A stretch of 32,000 nt of DNA from Caedibacter taeniospiralis (GTDB taxonomy: Bacteria; Pseudomonadota; Gammaproteobacteria; Francisellales; Francisellaceae). The stretch lies in contig NZ_PGGB02000004.1 in assembly GCF_002803295.2 (NCBI RefSeq), positions 8,841 through 40,840 of the forward strand. Reading direction: 5' to 3'. Below are positions 1-7,781 of this stretch, piece by piece (the stretch's first letter is position 1; each line of letters begins with the position of its first letter). The position numbers and the translations under genes are program-made. Under the pieces are notes generated by a model. That model was not told the DNA's origin, did not search any database, and saw only the letters and a program-made list of their open reading frames with translations.

Positions 1-138
1 CTTGGTCTTGCCATTGTCAAAGAGATTCTTGTACACAATCAAGCTAAATTAGTGATTTTCAACAATAACCCACCACCTGGGTTAAGCGTCAAAATCTCAT
101 TTAGTCATGTTATTTTGGTACAATCAATGGAAACATAA
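1..138 (+). CDS. 3' end of a sensor histidine kinase (partial; continues upstream of the window)
   Basis: Frame 1 reads LGLAIVKEILVHNQAKLVIFNNNPPPGLSVKISFSHVILVQSMET*. This is a GLGLAIVKEI-type G2 box of the HATPase_c domain plus a short C-terminal tail. Stop TAA at 136-138. Confidence 0.7.
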   Translation, partial: LGLAIVKEILVHNQAKLVIFNNNPPPGLSVKISFSHVILVQSMET

Positions 139-245
139 TCTGGAATGCGCCTGTAAATCATCAACTTGCCCCACCTCTCCCCCTTGCGGGAAGCTCGGAA
201 GGCGTAGCACTGGAAGCGCAATATATTTTGGATCTTAGGGGCTAC

Positions 246-292
246 ACTTCTCCCTTTTGATGGGAGAAGTCGCCAAAGCGTATGCTTTGGCG
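246..292. other. Two adjacent perfect hairpins in a GC-rich spacer between convergent genes (REP-like element or bidirectional terminator)
   Basis: ACTTCTCCC-ttttgat-GGGAGAAGT (246-270, 9 bp) is directly followed by CGCCAAAGC-gtat-GCTTTGGCG (271-292, 9 bp). Local GC is far above the window average. Confidence 0.4.
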
Positions 293-486
293 GATGAGGG
301 TGGCTTTATAAGTGCATTTCACCCATCACTCGTAAGGCTACTATCCCCGCACCTTCCTTGTGATCAAGTTCAGTCTTAATCTGTTCGGATAACTTGGATT
401 TGTAAGATACGATTTTTAATATTCATCTGATTTAATTTCTCTTTACCCAGTGGATTTAAGACCGTACCCGTCCACCTACGCCACTG

Positions 487-2109
487 TTATCCTATTAGTT
501 TCCCATTTTTTGTGTAGCTGGCAATAGCTGTAAAGCCTGGACAAAAACCGTCTGTTGAAAGTATTTCTTTATCAAAATCAGTTACAGTTTTCAGTATCTT
601 TATATTTAATGGTATTAAACGCTCCTGCGAATAATCGTCATATTGGGTGCAAGATCCGATTTTATTTAATTCAGAATTATTAATTTCAATGTCATCTGAG
701 TAAAGGAAAAAACCTAAATCTCTTGGGTAAAAATTCCAATTCTTTCCATGTAATAATAAGCCCTCTTTTGCTGTTACATTATTGAAATATAGCTTAAGTT
801 TGGCTGTCTTATCAGTAAAAATTGTGTCCCTTAAAATAAACACGAAGTTATCTCCTTCTTTATCGGCATCTATCACAACGTGATTAAAATAAATTGGTTT
901 TGGGGTTAGGTTTTCTGTCTTAACCCTAACCAAGCCGCGACCATAATCAGCTTTTTCAGCTACTAAAACTTTTAGGTTTTCAAAGCTATTCGCCTCTCCA
1001 ATCATCAAATATCCATTAGGATAAAAGTGTAATATCGCTTGATTTTCACCTTGCATAACTAAACCAGCAGGGATCGTTACTTCACTTGTGATTCGATACT
1101 CAATTGGAGCAAGCTTAATCACAACAGGATGATCCGCATCCAGCTTGGGCGAAATATTTGGATCGTTTTGCGCAATAGCGATCAGATCCTGCAAACTTTG
1201 TCCTTTATGTCCATAAATCACACGATCTTGAATGGTAAATCCTTGTTTTGCCACCGTATCAACACGAGCTGAAAGATCTTTGACCTTGGTGTCATATTTT
1301 TGATCAAGCTCATTCACAAATTGCATGGCTTTGTCTGCAGCAGTACTTGCCTTATCTGCGGTGGTACTGGCTTTATCAGAAGCATTCCTGGCATCTTTTG
1401 CATTGCTTTCAGCGGTACTCAGTCTTTGATCAAACTGATCTACCTTATCAGCAGAAGCTTTAGCGCTATCCGCTGTTTGTTTGGCAGTATTTGCGGTCTC
1501 GGTGGCAGTAGTTGCAGCTTCGCTTGCTTTATCAGCGGCGGCTTTAGCCGCATCTGCGGTAGCTTTAATACCATCTGCCGTTTGTTTAGCCGTATCAGCT
1601 ATTTGTTTTGCTTCGGTTGCCTTGCTCTCAGCAGCACTGACTCGGCTATCATAGCTATCTACCTTGGTGGAAGCCGTTTGTGCGGTTTGTGTGGCACCTT
1701 TAGCTTGCTCGTTGGCAGAGGACGCAATTTGTTTGGCAGAAGTAGCATCGCTTTCTGCATTAATAAGACGCGTATCAAAGCTTGCGACCTTTGTTGCTGC
1801 TTGCTGTGCGATGGTATTCGCATCATTAGCTGTTGTTATGGCAGTGTCGGCTTTATTGCTGGCTGTTTTTGCTGCCGTTTCCGCATTGTTAGCATGAGCT
1901 TCGGCATTGCTGGCATGGGTTTCTGCTTGAACAGTCTGAGCAGAAATCTCATCAATCGAATCTTCAATCGAATCTGCCCAGCCATAATTAAGTGCATCAA
2001 TTAAGCTCTTAAGTGTTGGCAGATGTGTAGGATCAAGATAGGGAAGCTTAGCATTCCCCATAGAGGTCATTGCTAGAGCAATACCCCCGATAATAAGTTT
2101 TGTTTTCAT
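487..2109 (-). CDS. Secreted Ala/Thr/Lys-rich coiled-coil fibre protein (Lpp-like alanine-zipper repeats) with a non-repetitive beta-rich C-terminal domain
   Basis: 540-aa ORF with signal peptide MKTKLIIGGIALAMTSMGNA|K. Residues ~60-290 contain three KV(A/D)xxDxR(L/V)xxAESxAxxAKQ-type modules. AGGAGA lies 4 nt upstream of the ATG (2114-2119). The antisense ORFs within it are artefacts of GC(N)-rich codons. Confidence 0.75.
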   Translation of the reverse strand: MKTKLIIGGIALAMTSMGNAKLPYLDPTHLPTLKSLIDALNYGWADSIEDSIDEISAQTVQAETHASNAEAHANNAETAAKTASNKADTAITTANDANTIAQQAATKVASFDTRLINAESDATSAKQIASSANEQAKGATQTAQTASTKVDSYDSRVSAAESKATEAKQIADTAKQTADGIKATADAAKAAADKASEAATTATETANTAKQTADSAKASADKVDQFDQRLSTAESNAKDARNASDKASTTADKASTAADKAMQFVNELDQKYDTKVKDLSARVDTVAKQGFTIQDRVIYGHKGQSLQDLIAIAQNDPNISPKLDADHPVVIKLAPIEYRITSEVTIPAGLVMQGENQAILHFYPNGYLMIGEANSFENLKVLVAEKADYGRGLVRVKTENLTPKPIYFNHVVIDADKEGDNFVFILRDTIFTDKTAKLKLYFNNVTAKEGLLLHGKNWNFYPRDLGFFLYSDDIEINNSELNKIGSCTQYDDYSQERLIPLNIKILKTVTDFDKEILSTDGFCPGFTAIASYTKNGKLIG

Positions 2110-2136
2110 TATTTCTCCTGTCGTTACTAATTTTTA

Positions 2137-2209
2137 ATTCAACATTCAACATTCAACATTCAACATTCAACATTCAACATTCAACATTCAACATTCAACA
2201 TTCAACATT
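2137..2209. repeat. Heptanucleotide tandem repeat (AACATTC on +, GAATGTT on the coding strand), about 10.4 copies
   Basis: Perfect 7-bp periodicity read directly from 2137-2209. It begins at the TAA stop of the upstream OMP gene (2208-2210) and ends 28 nt before the fibre-gene ATG (2109). Confidence 0.95.
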
Positions 2210-3005
2210 AAAAATGATAACCAAGACTGAAGGACAGATTGAGCATATTGGGCACATAACTGCTGCCGTAATAAGGCGCATAAGTATTTTTTCCAAGACC
2301 AAAAATATATTGTGCCTCCAGCGCAAGACTTAGGGAGTATGGCAGTAAATATTGATAACCCAATGAAATAAATGGGCGGATATTGGTTTTATTCATTCCT
2401 TTTAATGCTGGATTGTGATAGGCGGGGATAGTGGTTGTAGGACTGAACTTGGAAAAAACAATGGCAGGTCCCGTGGATAACAAAATTTCACTATCGATAC
2501 TGGCGATAGGAAAGTGCGCGGTCATTGATGGATTAATGCCAGAAAAAGCCATTTTAATTTCTCCATTGGAGAATATTGAGCCACCATTATCAAGATTAAA
2601 TGAAGCTGTTGCGCTACTTGCATACCAATAGCGCACGCCAAAAGATAAATATTGCCATGGGCGAATACCAAACTCGGCAGCAAAGTAAGGAGAATAGCGT
2701 TTAGCGGGTTGGTAAACATCAGATGTACCCGCTCCAGGCAGCTCAACCGTTTGTTTTGACTGCGGAAAGCTTTTGTACGAAGCGCCACCGTAGACGCCAA
2801 CATAAAACCAATCCTGGGCAGCCAGTGTTGTTCTTCGATCATCCTGAGCCAGAGTGATACGAATAGCAGTATCCAAATCGCTTGATCTTGCCGATGCTGG
2901 ATTGCCTGCTGATTCCGAAATAATATCCGAATTTGCGTAAACAGTTCCATTTGTAACACTTAAAATGGGTAATAGTATCAAGTGAAGTTTTCTCATCATT
3001 AGCAC
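2208..3005 (-). CDS. Outer-membrane beta-barrel protein (OmpA/OmpW/opacity-like small barrel)
   Basis: Signal peptide ...LILLPILSVTNGTVYA|N, alternating beta-strand pattern, and C-terminal LSFSLGYHF ending in Phe. The track start is a GTG. ATG 2999 after AAGGTG is the more likely start. Confidence 0.7.
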   Translation of the reverse strand: MLMMRKLHLILLPILSVTNGTVYANSDIISESAGNPASARSSDLDTAIRITLAQDDRRTTLAAQDWFYVGVYGGASYKSFPQSKQTVELPGAGTSDVYQPAKRYSPYFAAEFGIRPWQYLSFGVRYWYASSATASFNLDNGGSIFSNGEIKMAFSGINPSMTAHFPIASIDSEILLSTGPAIVFSKFSPTTTIPAYHNPALKGMNKTNIRPFISLGYQYLLPYSLSLALEAQYIFGLGKNTYAPYYGSSYVPNMLNLSFSLGYHF

Positions 3006-3173
3006 CTTAGTTGCTTAAAACATGGGGGATGATAAAAATAAATCAAAGGGTGCGCGACATTAATTCAAAAAGATGGACAAAATGATGACTTTTGAGTGAA
3101 AAGATGCTTTTTACTGAAAATTTCCCTTCCTGCTAATCAAAAGAAAAAGAGTGGCTATTAAGGCAAAAATCAG

Positions 3174-3179
3174 TATAAT
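3174..3179 (+). promoter_or_regulatory. Candidate -10 box (perfect TATAAT) for the LuxR-paralog operon
   Basis: TATAAT at 3174-3179 lies 12 nt before ATG 3191, and there is no SD in between. If used, the mRNA would be nearly leaderless and the real start would be MTSIHS (3191), not GTG 3182. The -35 is weak. Confidence 0.3.
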
Positions 3180-3181
3180 TC

Positions 3182-4018
3182 GTGCTAAAAATGACTTCAA
3201 TACACTCTAACTCAATGCCTGCAATTAAAGATGTACATAGATGGAGTTTCCCGAAGCATAAGAATGCGCTCAAGAGACTAATTAAACCAATGACTGATAA
3301 ATTATGTGCAACTGGATTATCTTATACTCGGTTATTTGAAAATGGGCAGGTGATTGATTTACCCGTATTGGAGTGTGAGCTACATGGAGTATGGTTGGAA
3401 GGAAATCCCAACCAAGACCCTGCGTTTCTTTTAAACAATGTAACAAAAATTCCAAAAATGATGTGGTATCACGAATTAGGCTCTTTTTTGTGCACAGAAG
3501 ATCAATCTCACTACGCCTTTATTGAAAATATGCGTCCATTTGACCCTTGCCTGTCGTACATTAAATATAACAAGGATAATTCGATTAGTCGCCTTTCCGT
3601 AATTACTTCATGCCCAATACTTGGATTTTTCAGTGATAAACATCATGTGCTGGATCAATGTATAACTTCGATTGAGTCTTATTTATTTGATCCTAAGACA
3701 AGATTTGCTCAAGATTTCGACATTTCTAATGACATTACCCCTATTGTTTTTAAGGGTGTTAAAGATAGTGTTATCCTTGATGTTTTATCTCAGTTTACAA
3801 CTCAGGAACTGGCTTGTTTCAAATTAATTTACACAGGGCATTATGAGTCAAAAGAAATTGCATCGAAACTTCAAAAATCGCCAAGAACAATCGAAGGGAT
3901 TATTGCACGACTTTTACATAAGCTAAATTGTAATAATAAGTATGAGCTGGCAGTAAAGATCAGCAAAATGCACGATGTAATGCGATTCGTGCTTGTAAGG
4001 GTAAGTGCTACCACATGA
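3182..4018 (+). CDS. LuxR/GerE-family transcriptional regulator, paralog 1 (N-terminal ~200-aa putative ligand-binding domain plus C-terminal HTH)
   Basis: C-terminal TTQELACFKLIYTGHYESKEIASKLQKSPRTIEGIIARLLHKLNCNNKYELAVKI is a LuxR-type HTH. N-terminal GLSYTRLF... resembles the GFdYfaY start of autoinducer-binding domains. Confidence 0.75.
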   Translation: MLKMTSIHSNSMPAIKDVHRWSFPKHKNALKRLIKPMTDKLCATGLSYTRLFENGQVIDLPVLECELHGVWLEGNPNQDPAFLLNNVTKIPKMMWYHELGSFLCTEDQSHYAFIENMRPFDPCLSYIKYNKDNSISRLSVITSCPILGFFSDKHHVLDQCITSIESYLFDPKTRFAQDFDISNDITPIVFKGVKDSVILDVLSQFTTQELACFKLIYTGHYESKEIASKLQKSPRTIEGIIARLLHKLNCNNKYELAVKISKMHDVMRFVLVRVSATT

Positions 4019-4062
4019 CAATAGTTAAGTCAATACGTAACATTACGCTATTTTAAAGGCAA

Positions 4063-4920
4063 ATGAGCAGGTACAATATTGATCAGTTTGTAGCAATTAA
4101 ATACGGCAAACAACTCATGGAGGTTATGAATACAATGAATGGTTCAATACAAACCCGTCCTTTAGCGGATATATATAAACAGCAATGGAAAAAATATGAA
4201 CACATCTTAACCAGGATAACTAAATCGCTTGATTTTCCTTTCCAAATTGAAGGTCTGGCTTATACCGAAACCTTTAAGTCGGGGATAGCAATTAGTATCC
4301 CGTTAAAATATTGCGACGCTTTTTCTGTCTGGACGCAGTCTGAGAGAGCTTACATATCCTCTTTTTCCGCCATAGCTAAGCGTCCCAAAGTGGTAACGCT
4401 GGACGAACTTCACGCCTACGCCAAAGACAAGCTCCCATACCACTTATCCCTCATCACGCAAGATCAGCTTATGCTATTGCCTATTCAGTACAACCACAAT
4501 TCAAAGGGCTCGATTGCAAACTTATGTATATTTGTCAAAAAAAGTGAGTATTTTCATGCTTATGTCCGATATGCACATCTGGATGTGACCAGTTTAACCC
4601 AGCATGTAAGGCAATTGCTTCATCAGGAATATCAAAATGTGATTACTGAGTTTCTGGTAGATACCGCACCAGATTACAATGATTTAAAAGAGATTTCAGC
4701 GATAAACACGGTGGAATTGACTGCAGCAGAAAAATCATTTTTGCACGCCATCTACGACGGGAGCTATGAAACAAAGCAAATTGCAGAACGCCTAAACAAG
4801 TCAGTTAGAACGATTGAAGGAGTAATGGGGCGAGTCGTAGATAAACTTGAATGTAAAAATAGATATGATCTTTTTGTAAAAGTTAAAAACAATCATTCAT
4901 TTTTAAGTTGTATTATTTAG
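4063..4920 (+). CDS. LuxR/GerE-family transcriptional regulator, paralog 2
   Basis: Same architecture: IEGLAYTETF... in the N-terminal domain and TAAEKSFLHAIYDGSYETKQIAERLNKSVRTIEGVMGRVVDKLECKNRYDLFVKV at the C-terminus. AAAGG SD before the ATG. Confidence 0.75.
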   Translation: MSRYNIDQFVAIKYGKQLMEVMNTMNGSIQTRPLADIYKQQWKKYEHILTRITKSLDFPFQIEGLAYTETFKSGIAISIPLKYCDAFSVWTQSERAYISSFSAIAKRPKVVTLDELHAYAKDKLPYHLSLITQDQLMLLPIQYNHNSKGSIANLCIFVKKSEYFHAYVRYAHLDVTSLTQHVRQLLHQEYQNVITEFLVDTAPDYNDLKEISAINTVELTAAEKSFLHAIYDGSYETKQIAERLNKSVRTIEGVMGRVVDKLECKNRYDLFVKVKNNHSFLSCII

Positions 4921-5769
4921 ATGTCTTGGGGTATGGAGCTGCCTTCAATGAATACAGTTCAAACAATTTATACGCATTCGTATAGGAAATATGAGCGAAA
5001 ATTCAATACAATACTTAAAAATGCAGCATTCAACTTCAAAATTGAAGCAATGGCGTATCAGCGTTGTTATGCAGATGAGAAAGTGTTATCAGTACCGCTA
5101 TTGGCAGACGATAGTTTAGATGGATACTATAACTCACCTAATGCAGACAAAGCGATTTTCCTTGATTTCAGAAATTTGCTGCTATCCCCTACCATTAATA
5201 GCATGTGTTATAAAAATGCGGTGTATCAACTTTATAACCAGTCCTTTTGTTTCGATCACATTATTTCTAATGAATCACGATCAGCTTTACCATGGCATTT
5301 GCATTATCACAACGATCATTCAATTAGCTTTCTTTGTGTTTTTGTCAACAAAACGGATGCTATTCTTGCTAACAAAGTATTTTATAGCGGATATTTTAAT
5401 CGATTACATCAGGCGATTGAGCAGTCGGTTTTAGCAAATACACGGGAATTTGATTTAAATGATTTTATTTTCAATAACTCAAGTCCAACCGTACCATTGC
5501 TGTTGGAGTCTGTCCCCAAAGCACAATTCGCTGAGCTCAGCTATGCTGAGAATCTTTGTTTTTTAGCTATTTATCAAGGTCATTATGAAGTGAAAGAAAT
5601 AGCAGGATATGTTAATCGCTCGCCAAGAACAATTGAGGGGCACATCGCTTCAATGATCCAAAAGTTAAAAGTCAATAACCGTTATGAGCTTTTTATCAAA
5701 TTAGCTCAAGCACACGAGCATATGCGTTATTTAGCGCACTGGTTTTGGATAAAGAACTCCAGCAAATAA
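4921..5769 (+). CDS. LuxR/GerE-family transcriptional regulator, paralog 3
   Basis: IEAMAYQRCY... and SYAENLCFLAIYQGHYEVKEIAGYVNRSPRTIEGHIASMIQKLKVNNRYELFIKL. The ATG directly abuts the TAG of paralog 2 (4918-4920), which suggests co-translation. Confidence 0.75.
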   Translation: MSWGMELPSMNTVQTIYTHSYRKYERKFNTILKNAAFNFKIEAMAYQRCYADEKVLSVPLLADDSLDGYYNSPNADKAIFLDFRNLLLSPTINSMCYKNAVYQLYNQSFCFDHIISNESRSALPWHLHYHNDHSISFLCVFVNKTDAILANKVFYSGYFNRLHQAIEQSVLANTREFDLNDFIFNNSSPTVPLLLESVPKAQFAELSYAENLCFLAIYQGHYEVKEIAGYVNRSPRTIEGHIASMIQKLKVNNRYELFIKLAQAHEHMRYLAHWFWIKNSSK

Positions 5770-5796
5770 TCAGTGTCACACTCGCACGTAGTGATA

Positions 5797-5840
5797 GGCT
5801 GAAATGTAGTCACAGCCACGATTCTTTTGTCTTTGTACTT
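5797..5840 (+). terminator. Possible intrinsic terminator after the LuxR array
   Basis: GGCTG-11 nt-CAGCC (5797-5817) followed by a T-rich run (cgattcttttgtctttgtactttt). The stem is weak. Confidence 0.3.
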
Positions 5841-5841
5841 T

Positions 5842-6450
5842 TCATCTGAACCATTGATCTGCCAGATTAAAGCTTCTCAAGAACTCAAAACTCGGCAGCC
5901 AGCGCAGATGTGATAGGAGTGAGTGGTTGTCGTCATACGGCTTAAGTAATAGCGCCAGTTGGTCTTTGAAACTGGTTTTAAAGCCAACGATTTCATCCAG
6001 TAGTTGAGAACGCTCGGCTAACTCTGAAATGGCTTCCTGAATAGCAAAAATATCTTGTTTTTGCTTAATCATTTTTTGCCAATGATGATAATGTTGATGA
6101 AGCCTTTGCTGAGACTCCGTTGGTAAATAAATAATATATTGTTCTGCTTGTGTGAGCTGAAAGTTAAAGTCCAGATGTTGCACATAAGTGCAAAAATCGC
6201 ATGCAAGAACCATGTTTTTCAGGGCATTGTTGGTGTAATCATGATTAAGATTAATGATATGCAACGGGGTATTTTCATGCTGGCAAAAGTGACAACATGT
6301 TTGCTGTTCAAACATTTTTTGAAAACACTCACGATATTTCGGTGCACGCGTACGCTCTAAAAACAAGCGGCTATTATTGGGGATGGCTAAGATCTTTAGT
6401 GACATGTTAGGATTGATCATCATGTAATGACTCGTGAAGTTGATATTCAT
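5842..6450 (-). CDS. dotN: DotN/IcmJ-like Cys-rich (zinc-binding) type IVB coupling-complex subunit
   Basis: LKILAIP..., CCHFCQHE...IINLNHDYTNNALKNMVLACDFC, IIYLPTESQ and RWLPS match the remembered DotN/IcmJ pattern. ~200 aa, downstream of dotM. A later start, MSLKIL at 6405 (TAAcATG with the dotM stop), is plausible. Confidence 0.7.
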   Translation of the reverse strand: MNINFTSHYMMINPNMSLKILAIPNNSRLFLERTRAPKYRECFQKMFEQQTCCHFCQHENTPLHIINLNHDYTNNALKNMVLACDFCTYVQHLDFNFQLTQAEQYIIYLPTESQQRLHQHYHHWQKMIKQKQDIFAIQEAISELAERSQLLDEIVGFKTSFKDQLALLLKPYDDNHSLLSHLRWLPSFEFLRSFNLADQWFR

Positions 6451-7537
6451 GCTGTAGCGCAGTTATAACATTATCAATCATGGCAGAAGAAAAAGACGCA
6501 TTCAGGCTTTCTTCAAATTGCCAATGAGTAGTAATAGCGGCACCTTCGACAAAAAAGGTTTTTCTGCCGACATTGTTAAGTGCATACCATAAAGTACGAT
6601 TAACAGTTTTAAGCCATAAAAATGAGGAAGAAGGAACTATTCCCCCTTTTCTTGCCGTACTTAATAAGGCACACAACAGTGTTGAGGTATAGTGATGTTT
6701 GCTCATAATTGTCTGGATTTCTGCATGAGCAATACATTCGCTTAAGTGTTTATTTAAAAAATGATTCAGCTTTTGTGTAGTAAAAAACTTTTTCACTCCA
6801 TTGGTGTTACCATGACCAAACTCACTATTCAAATAGGTCAAAAGTTTATCTGCTTGCTTACGCTTGTCTAAAATACACAAGGGAAACACAGTAGCCAACC
6901 CATAAATTTCTACATCTTCTTTGGTTAATCCATTCAAAGCTCTGCCAAGCTGTTGAGTCAGATTCTCATAAAGAAGATTAAGATCAAGCTTGCCATTAGC
7001 GATTAAATGATGGTGTTGCAAATACTCAACAGGTGTTAATGCGGTCTCAAGTTTTACTTTGGACTGAGTTTGGCTGCTATTTGGCGTATAAACTTTGGTA
7101 AAATGGTGTGCAATAAATTGGGATAGACTCTGCATTGAAAAGGTTTTTCGGTATTTGCGATCAGGATGGAAGAAAAAAAGCACCAAAATAAAAACAACCC
7201 CAAGCACCCAGAATGAAGTTGTCAATGCTTCACTGGTATTGTATCCAAGATACTTGAGTTGCTTCAGTGTTACCGTTGAATCCAGGACATGGTTGCACCA
7301 ATTCATTAGCATGCTGTAGTGACCATCCCATAGCATAATAATGGACAGCTCAAAACGCTTTATCATAAATATTGCTCTAATGAATTGGTTGTGAAATAGC
7401 CAGTAAAGCAAAAGTAATGTTAATAAAATAATGGCAACCATGTAGGTAGGTGCCATGCCATTATCATTACCAGTATTAGGTGAATTAGCCATGGTTATTC
7501 TCCCCCAATATTCTGTCAACATCGACGACATTGTCAT
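6407..7537 (-). CDS. dotM: DotM/IcmP-like inner-membrane subunit of the type IV coupling complex
   Basis: 376 aa, the same size as L. pneumophila IcmP. Two N-terminal TM segments (MVAIILLTLLLLYWLF, FWVLGVVFILVLFFF) precede a large cytoplasmic domain. It sits between dotL and dotN. The start may be the internal MANSPN (7492). Confidence 0.6.
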   Translation of the reverse strand: MTMSSMLTEYWGRITMANSPNTGNDNGMAPTYMVAIILLTLLLLYWLFHNQFIRAIFMIKRFELSIIMLWDGHYSMLMNWCNHVLDSTVTLKQLKYLGYNTSEALTTSFWVLGVVFILVLFFFHPDRKYRKTFSMQSLSQFIAHHFTKVYTPNSSQTQSKVKLETALTPVEYLQHHHLIANGKLDLNLLYENLTQQLGRALNGLTKEDVEIYGLATVFPLCILDKRKQADKLLTYLNSEFGHGNTNGVKKFFTTQKLNHFLNKHLSECIAHAEIQTIMSKHHYTSTLLCALLSTARKGGIVPSSSFLWLKTVNRTLWYALNNVGRKTFFVEGAAITTHWQFEESLNASFSSAMIDNVITALQHEYQLHESLHDDQS

Positions 7538-7781
7538 CTGCCAGATTCAGTAATGCGTCGTAGATAAATAAAATTTGCATGAGATCATATTGGTGATTAC
7601 TGCTGCTTTTTGTCAGTGAGCTATCAAAAACATAAAGATAATTTTTATCCGCATGGGCAATCAGTGTTTTAACCAGTAGATCAGTGAAGTTAAGCTGTGT
7701 GACATCTTTTTTTTGTTTATTCTCAATAAAGACGAGATCATGCTCATGGCATAAGTGTTTAATGATGCTGATTAATGTCAT
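7485..7781 (-). CDS. Small acidic hypothetical protein (98 aa) between dotL and dotM
   Basis: ATGA overlap with the dotL stop (7778-7781). 14 Asp/Glu versus 8 Lys/Arg, no TM segment and no recognised motif. Confidence 0.55.
   Translation of the reverse strand: MTLISIIKHLCHEHDLVFIENKQKKDVTQLNFTDLLVKTLIAHADKNYLYVFDSSLTKSSSNHQYDLMQILFIYDALLNLADDNVVDVDRILGENNHG

Noticed and set aside
1300-2004. Long plus-strand ORFs (234 aa and 77 aa) antisense to the fibre gene
   Set aside because: They are Cys/Leu/Phe/Gly-rich nonsense produced by reading the complement of GCN/ACN/AAR-rich repeat codons. They have no SD and lie entirely inside a much better minus-strand ORF that has a signal peptide.
2137-2209. 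Possible CRISPR array or minisatellite
   Set aside because: The units are 7 bp and contiguous with no spacers, so this is not a CRISPR array. No cas genes are present in the window.
2100-2333. 77-aa ORF translating the heptamer repeat as STFNIQH x n
   Set aside because: It is an artefact of a 7-bp repeat being open in all frames. It overlaps the OMP gene 3' end on the opposite strand, and the repeat is better explained as an intergenic SSR.
7699-7708. Homopolymer tracts (A8-A9) inside orf98, dotB (10975-10983) and orf395 (18661-18669) as phase-variation switches
   Set aside because: They encode Lys runs (KKK) typical of AT-rich genomes. The lengths are at the low end for slippage, and all three ORFs are currently in frame.
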